Notes: generated from the letters alone by a model not told the origin. Positions 19,351-28,993 are shown, counted from the first letter of the stretch. The stretch: 39,806 nucleotides of DNA from an uncultured Blautia sp. (GCA_945872375.1 CAMBYR010000001.1:1-39806); one strand, 5' to 3'. Numbers and translations: made by a program.

Positions 19351-20436
19351 ATGAGAACTTATCTTGTAACAGGCGGAGCTGGATTCATTGGATCCAATTA
19401 TATTCATTATATGTTTGAAAAATACGGTGATACCATCCGGATCATTAATGTAGACAAGCTGACATATGCAGGCAATCTGGAGAATCTGAAAGATATTGAA
19501 GACAGGGAAAACTATACATTTGTGAAAGCAGATATCTGCGACAGTGATGCGATCATGAAGATTTTCGAGGAAAATGATATTGACCGCGTGGTTCATTTTG
19601 CAGCAGAGAGTCATGTAGACCGCAGCATTAAGAACCCGGATGTTTTTGTGAAAACAAATGTACTGGGAACACTGGTCATGCTGAATGCCGCAAAAGCAGC
19701 ATGGGAACTGCCGGATGGAACCTTCAAACCGGATAAAAAATTCCTTCACGTTTCTACAGACGAGGTTTACGGATCTCTGGAAGAAGACGGCGGATATTTT
19801 TATGAAACCACACCATATGCTCCGCACAGCCCTTACTCCGCAAGCAAGGCATCTTCCGATATGCTGGTAAAAGCCTATATGGATACCTATAAATTCCCGG
19901 CCAATATTACCAACTGCAGCAATAACTATGGCCCCTATCAGTTCCCGGAGAAGCTGATTCCGCTGATCATCAACAATGCTCTGCAGGGCAAAAAGCTTCC
20001 TGTATACGGAGATGGCAAAAATGTGCGTGACTGGCTGTATGTCATGGATCATGCAAAGGGAATCGATATGGTTCAGGAAAAGGGAAGACTTTTCGAGACT
20101 TACAATATCGGCGGACATAATGAAAAACAGAATATTCAGATTATTCATATTATTTTGGATACACTTCAGGAAATGCTTCCGGAAGGAGACCCCCGCAAGG
20201 CACTTGTCAGCGAAGATCTGATCACCTATGTGGAAGATCGTAAGGGACATGACCGTCGTTATGCCATTGCACCGGACAAGATCAAAGCCGAGGTGGGCTG
20301 GTATCCGGAAACCTGTTTTGAAGACGGTATTCGTCTGACGATCCAGTGGTTCTTTGAGCACGAAGACTGGATGAAGAATGTTACCAGCGGCGATTATCAG
20401 AAATACTACGAAGAAATGTATAAAGTTTCAAAATAG
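19351..20436 (+). CDS. rmlB: dTDP-glucose 4,6-dehydratase
   Basis: TGGAGFIG, HFAAESHVDRSI, STDEVYG, YSASK, NNYGPYQFPEKLIP, GHDRRYA. Confidence 0.97.
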   Translation: MRTYLVTGGAGFIGSNYIHYMFEKYGDTIRIINVDKLTYAGNLENLKDIEDRENYTFVKADICDSDAIMKIFEENDIDRVVHFAAESHVDRSIKNPDVFVKTNVLGTLVMLNAAKAAWELPDGTFKPDKKFLHVSTDEVYGSLEEDGGYFYETTPYAPHSPYSASKASSDMLVKAYMDTYKFPANITNCSNNYGPYQFPEKLIPLIINNALQGKKLPVYGDGKNVRDWLYVMDHAKGIDMVQEKGRLFETYNIGGHNEKQNIQIIHIILDTLQEMLPEGDPRKALVSEDLITYVEDRKGHDRRYAIAPDKIKAEVGWYPETCFEDGIRLTIQWFFEHEDWMKNVTSGDYQKYYEEMYKVSK

Positions 20437-20460
20437 GGTGCTCACTGTGTGAAAGAAAAT

Positions 20461-20496
20461 GCTGCATGCATCTGAGAAAGTGTGTGCAGCTTTTTT
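20461..20496 (+). terminator. Intrinsic terminator after rmlB
   Basis: GCTGCATGCAT/GTGTGTGCAGC stem (with G-U pairs) followed by TTTTTT. Confidence 0.7.
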
Positions 20497-20497
20497 A

Positions 20498-20555
20498 ATA
20501 TCACAGGAAATTACTTCATATCACAGAAAATTACTCCGTGATGTTCCTGTGATAT
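20498..20555. repeat. Tandem 20-bp direct repeat plus an inverted 12-bp copy
   Basis: ATATCACAGGAAATTACTTC (20498-20517) and ATATCACAGAAAATTACTCC (20518-20537); TTCCTGTGATAT (20544-20555) is the reverse complement of 20498-20509. Confidence 0.85.
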
Positions 20556-20571
20556 ATCATATAAAAGGAAG

Positions 20572-21798
20572 ATGGAAAGAATGCAAAAACGAATTATGCT
20601 GCTGGGCGGCAATTATTTTCAGATGACAGCCACACTCACAGCGAAAAGACTTGGATATTATGTGATCAGTGTGGATTATCTGCCGGAAAATCCGGCACAC
20701 AAATATGCAGATGAATATTGTAATGTGAGTACGATCGATAAAGAGGCGGTTCTTGCGCTGGCAAGGGAAAAGAAGATTGATGGAATCGTTTCCTATGCCT
20801 CAGATGTATCCGCTCCCACAGCGGCTTATGTGGCAGAACAGATGGGACTCCCCACCAATCCTTATGAATCGGTTATGATTCTCACGCACAAAGATCTGTT
20901 CCGGAAATTTATGAGGGAAAACGGGTTTCTGATGCCGCGGGGGGAGAGCTTTACAGATCGGGAAAAGGCAAGAGAATTTTTCCGGACATTGCCGCGTCCT
21001 GTCATGGTGAAGCCCATTGATTCCTCCGGAAGCAAAGGCGTGGTAAAGGTATTCAGGGATGAGGAATTCGACAGCGCATGGGAGGAAGCCCTTTCCTATT
21101 CCATTGAAAAGCATGTGATCGTAGAGGAATGTATTCAGAAAAAGGGATATCAGATTGATGGCGACGGATTTGTGGTGGATGGAACGATCCGATTTTTTGG
21201 CGTTATGGATCAGCACAATGATCTGTCCTGTGCACCCCACACGCCCATTGGACTCAGCAGTCCCTCCATCCAGCCGGATGAGATCCGCCAGGAGGCACGT
21301 CGTCAGATTCAGAGGATTTTTGATCTGCTTCATATCAGAATGGGAGCATTTAATTTTGAATATATCGTCAATGAAAAAGGCCAGGTCTATATTCTGGAAA
21401 TCGGTCCGCGAAACGGCGGGAATCTGATTCCTGACACGCTGAAGATTGCCTGCGGAGAGGACCTTGCAGAATATACACTGAAAATTGCCCTTGGAGAAGA
21501 CTGTTCCGGACTGTCAGATGCACCCTCAAAGGTTTGTGCTTCTTCCTATATCCTTCATTCTGTCTGTGACGGCGCTTACGATCATCTGGAGATTTCCGAA
21601 AAGCTTCCGGGAAAAATTGAACGGCAGGCAGTGCTCGTAAAGGAAGGGGAACAGGTAAAACGGTTCCGAAATGCGGGTATGGGGATCGGTGCCATGATTC
21701 TCACATTCCCGGATGTGGAAACCATGTGCAGCACCATTGACCATATGAACGATTTTATTCAGGTGAAGGTAAAAGAGCGGGAAGGACAGGACGCATGA
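20572..21798 (+). CDS. ATP-grasp amide ligase family protein
   Basis: LLGG N-terminus, HKDLFRKF, VKPIDSSGSKGV, IVEECI, LEIGPRNGG. Confidence 0.88.
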   Translation: MERMQKRIMLLGGNYFQMTATLTAKRLGYYVISVDYLPENPAHKYADEYCNVSTIDKEAVLALAREKKIDGIVSYASDVSAPTAAYVAEQMGLPTNPYESVMILTHKDLFRKFMRENGFLMPRGESFTDREKAREFFRTLPRPVMVKPIDSSGSKGVVKVFRDEEFDSAWEEALSYSIEKHVIVEECIQKKGYQIDGDGFVVDGTIRFFGVMDQHNDLSCAPHTPIGLSSPSIQPDEIRQEARRQIQRIFDLLHIRMGAFNFEYIVNEKGQVYILEIGPRNGGNLIPDTLKIACGEDLAEYTLKIALGEDCSGLSDAPSKVCASSYILHSVCDGAYDHLEISEKLPGKIERQAVLVKEGEQVKRFRNAGMGIGAMILTFPDVETMCSTIDHMNDFIQVKVKEREGQDA

Positions 21799-23954
21799 AA
21801 ACACTGATGATTTTGGGAGCCGGTTATACGCAGATCCCGCTGATCAGAGCGGCGAAAAGGCTGGGATACCGTACGGCGGTAACCAGCATTGCCGGAGATT
21901 ATCCCGGCTTTGATGAAGCGGATGAGGTGATTTACGCAGATCTTTGCAATCCCAAGGAAGTTGCAGAAAAGGCAGCACAGCATCAGGTGGATGGAGCAGC
22001 CACCTGTGGGCTGGATCTTGCCATGCGTGCCATTGGGGCTGTCAGTGAGATGCTGCAGCTTCCCGGTCCATCCAGGGCAGCTGCCGAAAAAGCCGGAAAT
22101 AAGCTTCTGATGAAACAGGCGCTGACCGCTGCGGGAGTTCAGACCGCACGCTGGATGTGTGTACACAGCCGGGAAGAACTGGAAATGGCGCTGGACAGTC
22201 TCCCATTTCCTGTTATCGTGAAAGCCGTGGACCTGATGGGAAGCAGAGGGATTTTCCGATGTGATTCCCGGGAAGAGGCCAGAGAAAATTACAAAAAAAC
22301 AATGGAAGCCACAGGCAAAGATTACTGTCTTGTGGAGGAATTTATTGAGGGAACCTTATTTGGTGTGGAGGGAATGATCTCCCGTGGGCAGATTCTTTTT
22401 CTTCTTCCCAATAATACCGAGGCATTTTACGGAGCAACCCCAAGCCCTGTGGGCCATTCGGTTCCTTTTGAAAAGCAGCAGGAGCTGGGGGCACAGGCTA
22501 TGGAGCAGACGGAGAAGGCGATCCGTGCTCTGGGACTGGATAACTGTCCGATAAACTGTGATCTGATCTATAAAGATGGAAAGATATATATTGTGGAGCT
22601 GACGGGAAGATCCGGAGCCACCGGACTTTCGGAAATGGTCAGTACATGGTATGGGATCGACTACTACGAGACCATTGTAAAACTGGCCATGGGAGAAGAT
22701 GTGAGCGGGGAGTTCAAAAGCAGAGCGCTGACGCCCAATCTTACCAGAACGCTGTACAGCCTCCGGAGCGGAAAACTGGTGCGCCTGGAAAACAGAAATC
22801 CGGAAGCGGAGGACATTCTGGATATTTCTTTCAATGTGGAGCCGGGAGAGGAAATCAACGCCTATACCAATGGAAGGGACCGCATCGGTCAGGTGATGAT
22901 AAAAGGGAAGGATCTTCCGGCACTTCGCCGCCGGCTGGAAACCATTCTGGGAAATATCTATCTGGAACTGGAGGGCGACCTGCCGCTTCCGGAAACGATG
23001 ATCCAGCGGCTGCCCGCCTTTGACGGAAAAAACCGGATGTATATCAAGCGGGAGGATCTTCTGCCTTTTTCCTTCGGAGGAAACAAGGTGCGCTTTGCCC
23101 GCTCCTTTCTGGAGGATATGGTGCAAAAAGGGGCGGACGGCATGATCATTTATGGAAACTACCACTCCAATCTCTGCAGAATTCTTTCGGCGGCCTGCAG
23201 GCGGAAAGAGATTCCGTGCAGTATGATCCACAATGTGGACGATGCAGATCCAAAAGAAATCACAGCCAACAGTTATCTGATTCGGGAAATGCAGGTAAAG
23301 GAATATCCCTGCCGCAAAGGCGGCATTGCTCCCTGCGTGGCAAAAGCACGGAAAGAAATGCAGGAGGAAGGGCGCATTCCATATTACATCTATGGGGATG
23401 ACACAGGAAGGGGAAATGCCCATGTTCCCATGGAGGCGTATGTGCAGGTATATCGGGAGATTCAGCGGCAGGAACAGGAACTGCATACCTTTTTTGATTA
23501 TATTTTCCTTGCGTCCAGCACCAATACCACCCAGTCGGGTCTGCTGGCAGGAATGCTCCTGGAACAGGAACACCGAAAGATCATCGGAATTTCTGTATCC
23601 AGAAACAGCACAAGGGCGAAAGAGGTCATTCTGGAAAACCTGGAGGAATATTTCCGGGAAAAGGGACGTCCCCTGACGGAAGAACAGAAAGAGGCCGCAA
23701 AACAGGCCATTCTGGTGGAGGACCGGTATCTGGCCGGAGGCTACGGCTGCAGCGATGACCACATCCGGGATACCATCCGATGTGTGTACGACAGAGAGGG
23801 AATCTATCTGGACGGCACTTATACCGGAAAGGCATTCTCTGGAATGGAGGACTGGCTGAGGGAACATCATATCCGGGGAAAATCGGTTCTGTTTCTCCAT
23901 ACGGGAGGGGCACCGCTGTTTTTCGACAGCCTTTCGCAGGTGTTTGGAAAATAA
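21795..23954 (+). CDS. Fusion of an ATP-grasp ligase (aa ~1-395) and a D-cysteine desulfhydrase/ACC-deaminase-family PLP enzyme (aa ~396-719)
   Basis: N-part: ILGAG, VKAVDLMGSRGI, LVEEFIEG, VELTGRSG. C-part: YIKREDL, GGNK (PLP lysine), HSNLCR, LDGTYTGKA, FLHTGG. Confidence 0.85.
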   Translation: MKTLMILGAGYTQIPLIRAAKRLGYRTAVTSIAGDYPGFDEADEVIYADLCNPKEVAEKAAQHQVDGAATCGLDLAMRAIGAVSEMLQLPGPSRAAAEKAGNKLLMKQALTAAGVQTARWMCVHSREELEMALDSLPFPVIVKAVDLMGSRGIFRCDSREEARENYKKTMEATGKDYCLVEEFIEGTLFGVEGMISRGQILFLLPNNTEAFYGATPSPVGHSVPFEKQQELGAQAMEQTEKAIRALGLDNCPINCDLIYKDGKIYIVELTGRSGATGLSEMVSTWYGIDYYETIVKLAMGEDVSGEFKSRALTPNLTRTLYSLRSGKLVRLENRNPEAEDILDISFNVEPGEEINAYTNGRDRIGQVMIKGKDLPALRRRLETILGNIYLELEGDLPLPETMIQRLPAFDGKNRMYIKREDLLPFSFGGNKVRFARSFLEDMVQKGADGMIIYGNYHSNLCRILSAACRRKEIPCSMIHNVDDADPKEITANSYLIREMQVKEYPCRKGGIAPCVAKARKEMQEEGRIPYYIYGDDTGRGNAHVPMEAYVQVYREIQRQEQELHTFFDYIFLASSTNTTQSGLLAGMLLEQEHRKIIGISVSRNSTRAKEVILENLEEYFREKGRPLTEEQKEAAKQAILVEDRYLAGGYGCSDDHIRDTIRCVYDREGIYLDGTYTGKAFSGMEDWLREHHIRGKSVLFLHTGGAPLFFDSLSQVFGK

Positions 23955-23989
23955 GCATTGAATTTGTATATTGATTGTGAGAAAATAAC

Positions 23990-24352
23990 ATGAGAGACTT
24001 TTTAAAAAATAAAAAAGTGGTTTATATTATGCTTCATGTGAGCCTGCTGTTCAGTTCGCTCAGCGGAGTCTGTTCCAAAATGGCCTCAGGATTTACCGAA
24101 AATGTCTTTTCTGTTTCCTTTTTATTCTGGTTCGGCATGGTCTTTGTCATCATGTTCGGATATGCCGTGATCTGGCAGCAGATTCTGAAAAGGATGCCGC
24201 TGACAGTGGCTTATGCCAATAAGCCGGTGGGGCTGATCTGGGGAATGATCTGGGGCAGCCTGATTTTTGGTGAAAGGATTACCTGGAGGATGATCGCCGG
24301 TGCGGCTGTCATTTTTGCGGGAATTTATCTGGTGGTGACGAGCGATGAGTAA
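23990..24352 (+). CDS. EamA/SMR-type small membrane transporter (ArnE/ArnF-like flippase subunit)
   Basis: 120 aa, four TMs, PLTVAYA and IFGERIT. Confidence 0.8.
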   Translation: MRDFLKNKKVVYIMLHVSLLFSSLSGVCSKMASGFTENVFSVSFLFWFGMVFVIMFGYAVIWQQILKRMPLTVAYANKPVGLIWGMIWGSLIFGERITWRMIAGAAVIFAGIYLVVTSDE

Positions 24353-24689
24353 TCTGGGAATATCTGTCTGTGTATTGCTGATATCGGTTTTTATATCATC
24401 GGTATCACAGATTCTGCTGAAAAAAGCAGCAAATAAAACGTATTCCAGCAGCCTGAAGGAGTATCTGAACCCTCTGGTCATTGGAGCCTATGCCATGTTT
24501 TTTGCGTCAGTGGTGCTGACCATGCTGGCGCTGAAAACCGTTCCTCTTTCCATGTCTCCGATTCTGGAGTCTACAGGCTATATTTTTGTTTCGCTGCTGG
24601 GGTATTTTTTTCTGAAGGAACGGTTCAGCAAAAGAAAAATACTGGGATTCGGTCTGATTCTGGCAGGAGTTATACTGTTTTCCCTGTAA
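24345..24689 (+). CDS. EamA/SMR-type small membrane transporter (partner subunit)
   Basis: 114 aa, four TMs, SQILLKK, VPLS and FLKERFS; overlaps the previous gene. Confidence 0.8.
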   Translation: MSNLGISVCVLLISVFISSVSQILLKKAANKTYSSSLKEYLNPLVIGAYAMFFASVVLTMLALKTVPLSMSPILESTGYIFVSLLGYFFLKERFSKRKILGFGLILAGVILFSL

Positions 24690-24717
24690 AAGAGATACGG
24701 ATGATAAGGAGACGGAA

Positions 24718-25662
24718 ATGCTTGTATCTATTGTAATACCGTGTTATAATTCTGAGAATTCTATTATCAAGGTTGTAAAGCTTGCAATAGAAGAATTTGA
24801 AAAAATGAAAGACTATGAATGCGAATTTGTTCTTGTAAACGATTATTCGCGTGACCATACATGGCAGTCCATCCAGAAGCTTGCGGAGGAATATCCCAAT
24901 GTGAAGGGTGTGAATTTTGCCAAAAACTTCGGACAGCATAGTGCCTTGATGGCAGGCCTTCATTATGCCGGCGGCGATTTTATCGTGGGCATGGATGATG
25001 ATATGCAGAATCATCCGTCACAGATTCCGCTGTTTCTGGATAAGATTCAGGAAGGATATGACATCGTGTTCGGGGTATTTCGCCAGAGACAGTTTTCGGC
25101 AGTGAAAAATATTACCGGATCCATCAGCCGGTTCCTGCTGTGGCATCTTCTGGACCGCCCCAGGGATATCCAGATGAGCAGCTTCTGGTGCTGCCGCCGT
25201 TACGTACGGGACGAAGTGGTAAAATACGATGGATACAATGCCTTTCTTCAGGTATTGTTCTTTCGGACGACACATAATATTGCAAACATTGAAATCGAAC
25301 ATTACGCACGGGAAGAAGGAACTTCCAATTATAATTTCCGGAAAGGGCTGAATCATTTTCTTTCCTGTCTGAACTTTACGGTGATTCCCCTTCGGGTGGC
25401 CACGTTTTTCGGGACACTGTTTTCAGCGGCCGGCTTTATCGGCGCAGTTGTGGTTCTGATCCGGAAGCTGGTAAATCCGTCAGTGGCCATTGGCTGGTCT
25501 TCCCTGATGTGCGCCATGCTGGTACTGTTCGGCATAACGTTTCTGATCCTGGGAATTATCGGAGAATACCTGGGAAAACTGATGCTGAATATCAATAAAA
25601 CACCGCAGTATGTGGTGCGTGAAACCGCCAATATATCACAAAAAGAGGAAACAGATGATTGA
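24718..25662 (+). CDS. GT2 polyprenyl-phosphate glycosyltransferase (ArnC/GtrB/DPM-like)
   Basis: SIVIPCYN, VNDYSRD, NFGQHSAL, MDDDMQN, two C-terminal TMs, GIIGEYLG. Confidence 0.9.
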   Translation: MLVSIVIPCYNSENSIIKVVKLAIEEFEKMKDYECEFVLVNDYSRDHTWQSIQKLAEEYPNVKGVNFAKNFGQHSALMAGLHYAGGDFIVGMDDDMQNHPSQIPLFLDKIQEGYDIVFGVFRQRQFSAVKNITGSISRFLLWHLLDRPRDIQMSSFWCCRRYVRDEVVKYDGYNAFLQVLFFRTTHNIANIEIEHYAREEGTSNYNFRKGLNHFLSCLNFTVIPLRVATFFGTLFSAAGFIGAVVVLIRKLVNPSVAIGWSSLMCAMLVLFGITFLILGIIGEYLGKLMLNINKTPQYVVRETANISQKEETDD

Positions 25663-26785
25663 TTTTAACAGACCTGCCTTTACAGGAAAGGAATTAGAAT
25701 ATATCCGGGATGCGGTGAACCGCGGGATGCTCTGCGGAGACGGAGCTTATACAAAACAGTGCTCCCGCTGGATGGAAGAGAGGTTTCATGTAAATCATGT
25801 GCTTCTGACACCATCCTGTACTCATGCTCTGGAAATGGCCGCCTATCTGGCAGACATTCAGCCGGGAGATGAGGTGATCATGCCTTCCTATACGTTTGTG
25901 TCGACGGCCGATGCATTTGTGCTCCGGGGGGCGAAGATCGTGTTTACAGACATCCGGCTGGATACCATGAATATGGATGAAACACTGATCGAAGATGCCA
26001 TTACACCAAAAACAAAGGCCATTGTACCTGTTCATTATGCAGGCGTGGCCTGTGAAATGGATACGATTATGGAGATTGCGGCCAGACACCATCTGAAGGT
26101 AATCGAGGATGCGGCCCAGGGAGTAAATGCTTTCTATAAGGGAAGGGCTCTGGGAACCATCGGTGACTTTGGCTGCTACAGCTTCCATGAAACGAAGAAT
26201 TATACCATGGGAGAGGGCGGAGCGCTTCTCTTTCAGGATGAGAAATACCTGGAGCGAGCAGAGATCCTGCGGGAAAAAGGCACGGACAGAAGCCGGTTTT
26301 TCCGGGGCCAGGTAGATAAATACCGGTGGGTGGATTATGGTTCTTCCTATCTGCCCAGTGAACTGAATGCGGCGTATCTTTATGCGCAGCTGGAAGTCTG
26401 TGAAGAAATTGACCGCAAGCGGATGGAAATTTATCACTATTATCATGAACATCTGAAATGCCTTGCCGACGCAGGAGAGATCCTGCAGCCGACAGTTCCA
26501 AAGGAGTGCATCCACAATGCGCATATGTATTTTATCCGTGTGCGTGATCTTAAGACCAGAACAAGGCTTCTTGCATACCTGAAGGAACGGGGAATCTGCA
26601 GTGTATTTCATTATGTACCCCTTCATTCCGCACCGGCAGGCAGGCGTTTTGGAAGATTTCACGGAGAAGATGTGTATACGACAAAGGAAAGCGAACGTCT
26701 TTTGAGGCTTCCGATGTTTTATAATCTTTCCATGGACGAAGTGAAACAGGTAACAGAAGCGATTCTTGCCTTTTTTAAAGGGTGA
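25655..26785 (+). CDS. wecE: dTDP-4-amino-4,6-dideoxygalactose transaminase (WecE/RffA)
   Basis: LLTPSCTHALEM, SYTFVST, EDAAQG, SFHETKN (PLP lysine), REKGTDRSRFFRGQVDKY, GSSYLPSE. Start ATG 25655. Confidence 0.92.
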   Translation: MIDFNRPAFTGKELEYIRDAVNRGMLCGDGAYTKQCSRWMEERFHVNHVLLTPSCTHALEMAAYLADIQPGDEVIMPSYTFVSTADAFVLRGAKIVFTDIRLDTMNMDETLIEDAITPKTKAIVPVHYAGVACEMDTIMEIAARHHLKVIEDAAQGVNAFYKGRALGTIGDFGCYSFHETKNYTMGEGGALLFQDEKYLERAEILREKGTDRSRFFRGQVDKYRWVDYGSSYLPSELNAAYLYAQLEVCEEIDRKRMEIYHYYHEHLKCLADAGEILQPTVPKECIHNAHMYFIRVRDLKTRTRLLAYLKERGICSVFHYVPLHSAPAGRRFGRFHGEDVYTTKESERLLRLPMFYNLSMDEVKQVTEAILAFFKG

Positions 26786-26828
26786 ATCGGGGAAACAATT
26801 TAATGTGAACAGTAACAGAAAGAGGAAT

Positions 26829-28058
26829 ATGATGATGAATAACAGGAAAAAATGGAGTACCCTCCGGAAAAAGGGGACGGCAGCAGTCCTTGGGATGATG
26901 CTTGGAGTTTCGTCTATAGCAGTTTCGGTACAGGCATCCCTGGTGGATCTGAATGCTGTTTTTCAGACAGCGCCATCCATTGTTGCGGAAGTTCCGCAGG
27001 GACCGGAAATCACTTCCACGACGGGTGTGGTTATGGAAGCAGAGACAGGAACCGTGATCTATGACAAAGGAGCAGATGCTGCCAGGTATCCTGCCAGCAT
27101 CACAAAGCTGATGACGCTTCTTTTGGCTGTAGAGAACAGCACCATGGATGAAGTGGTGACCTTTACAGAGACAGGGATCCGCGATGTGACTCCCGATTCC
27201 GGAAATATCGGAATGCAGCTTGGAGAACAGATGACTATGCAGGACTGTATTTATGCCATGCATATTTATTCCGCTAATGAGGTGGCTGCACAGATCGCGG
27301 AGCATGTGGGCGGAACGGAGCAGGAATTTATCAATATGATGAATGCCCGTGCCCTGGAGATTGGATGTACCAACACCTTCTTTACCAATGCCAGCGGTCT
27401 GCCTGACGAAAATATGCATACCTGTGCCAAAGATATGGCGCTGATCGTCCGGGAGGGACTGAAAAATGAGACCTTCCGTCAGGTGCTCAGTACGGTGGAT
27501 TATACGATTCCGGCTACAAACCTGAATCCGAATCCCAGGGAGCTTCACACCCATCAGCCGCTGTTTGCGCCGGAAAGCGCCCTGTATTATCAGGGATGCA
27601 TCGGCGGAAAAACAGGAATGACCAACGATGCAGGTCATACGATGGTTACCGTTGCGGAGCGTGACGGACTGACATTTATTGCAGTGACCATGAAAGCGGC
27701 AGATCTGGGAATTTCCAGTGCGGATACCATTTCCATGCTGGATTATAGTTATGCATGGTTCCAGAAGGCATGGTTTGAGCAGCTTGCCGCCGCAGCAGCA
27801 CAGCCCCTGGAAGAAACGCCGGCACCGGAGGTACAGGAGCCGGTAGAAGAGGTGGGCAGTGCTGATGAAGAACCGCTCTATCAGGAGGAAGAAGCCGGGG
27901 AAACAGAAGAAAAAACAGTGGTGAGCAGCAGGCTCACAGAGCTTCGGCCCAAACTTCTGATCGCACTGGCCGTGATGATCGTATTGACGGTGATCCTGTT
28001 TGCCATCCTTGTTATAAAAAAGAAAAAAAGAAGAAAAAACAGAAAAAAGAGAAAATAA
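26829..28058 (+). CDS. D-Ala-D-Ala carboxypeptidase (peptidase S11), C-terminally membrane anchored
   Basis: SxxK (ASITK), SxN (SAN) and KTG motifs; signal peptide, C-terminal TM and Lys/Arg tail. Start is one of the ATGs at 26829-26835. Confidence 0.92.
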   Translation: MMMNNRKKWSTLRKKGTAAVLGMMLGVSSIAVSVQASLVDLNAVFQTAPSIVAEVPQGPEITSTTGVVMEAETGTVIYDKGADAARYPASITKLMTLLLAVENSTMDEVVTFTETGIRDVTPDSGNIGMQLGEQMTMQDCIYAMHIYSANEVAAQIAEHVGGTEQEFINMMNARALEIGCTNTFFTNASGLPDENMHTCAKDMALIVREGLKNETFRQVLSTVDYTIPATNLNPNPRELHTHQPLFAPESALYYQGCIGGKTGMTNDAGHTMVTVAERDGLTFIAVTMKAADLGISSADTISMLDYSYAWFQKAWFEQLAAAAAQPLEETPAPEVQEPVEEVGSADEEPLYQEEEAGETEEKTVVSSRLTELRPKLLIALAVMIVLTVILFAILVIKKKKRRKNRKKRK

Positions 28059-28100
28059 CTCTATGAATCATAAGAAAAATCAGAAGGAGGACTATGTTTT

Positions 28101-28979
28101 ATGAAGGGAATTATTCTTGCCGGAGGATCCGGAACACGTCTTTACCCGCTGACAAAAGCGATTTCCAAACAGATTATGCCTGTATATGATAAACCAATGA
28201 TCTATTATCCGCTTTCCACACTGATGCTTGCAGGCATCCGTGAGGTGCTGATCATTTCTACGCCAAGGGATCTTCCTGTGTTTGAGGATCTTTTAGGTGA
28301 CGGAAGCCAGCTTGGCATGCGCTTTGCCTATGCGGTACAGGAATCTCCCCGGGGACTGGCAGATGCCTTTATCATCGGAGAGGAATTCATTGGAAACGAT
28401 GCGGTAGCCCTTGTTCTGGGCGACAATATTTTTTATGGACAGAGCTTTTCCAGAGTGCTTCAGAATGCATTCCGCAGAACGCAGGAAGAAGGCGGAGCAA
28501 CTATTTTTGGTTACTATGTCAGAGATCCCAGAGAATACGGCGTTGTAGAATTTGATGAAGAAGGCCGTGCACTGTCCATTGAAGAAAAACCGGAGCATCC
28601 GAAGTCCAATTATGCAGTTCCGGGCCTTTACTTCTACGACAATGATGTAGTGGAAATTGCCAAAAATGTGAAGCCTTCCGCAAGAGGGGAAATTGAGATC
28701 ACCAGCGTGAACAATGAATACCTGAGAAGAGGAAATCTGAAGGTGGAGACCCTTGGACGTGGCTTTGCATGGCTGGATACCGGAAATCACGACGCTCTTC
28801 TGGATGCTGCCGATTTCGTGGCTGCTTTCCAGAAACGCCAGGGACTTTATATTTCCTGTATTGAGGAAATCGCATATAAGAGAGGTTTTATCACAAAAGA
28901 GCAGCTTGTGGAGCTGGCTCAGCCGCTGTTAAAGACAGCATATGGACAATACCTGATTGAAATTGCAGAAGGATTATAA
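28101..28979 (+). CDS. rmlA: Glucose-1-phosphate thymidylyltransferase
   Basis: [38 protein letters not shown]. Confidence 0.97.
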   Translation: MKGIILAGGSGTRLYPLTKAISKQIMPVYDKPMIYYPLSTLMLAGIREVLIISTPRDLPVFEDLLGDGSQLGMRFAYAVQESPRGLADAFIIGEEFIGNDAVALVLGDNIFYGQSFSRVLQNAFRRTQEEGGATIFGYYVRDPREYGVVEFDEEGRALSIEEKPEHPKSNYAVPGLYFYDNDVVEIAKNVKPSARGEIEITSVNNEYLRRGNLKVETLGRGFAWLDTGNHDALLDAADFVAAFQKRQGLYISCIEEIAYKRGFITKEQLVELAQPLLKTAYGQYLIEIAEGL

Positions 28980-28993
28980 AAAGGGGCGAAACT

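Noticed and set aside
22356-23900. Long antisense ORFs (also 2095-3258, 4715-5950, 7800-9188, 19318-20361, 25694-26662)
   Set aside because: They are shadows of well-supported + strand genes, with no recognisable motifs.
22980-23954. True ACC deaminase
   Set aside because: The diagnostic Glu and Leu (YEGK, HLGG) are both replaced by Thr.
20572-23954. Carbamoyl-phosphate synthase, or a RiPP/graspetide cluster
   Set aside because: No CPS architecture and no precursor peptide; the context is nucleotide-sugar biosynthesis.
28010-28058. A-rich tract as a phase-variation site (also A8 at 17493-17500)
   Set aside because: These encode the Lys/Arg stop-transfer tail and the signal-peptide n-region; the frames are intact.
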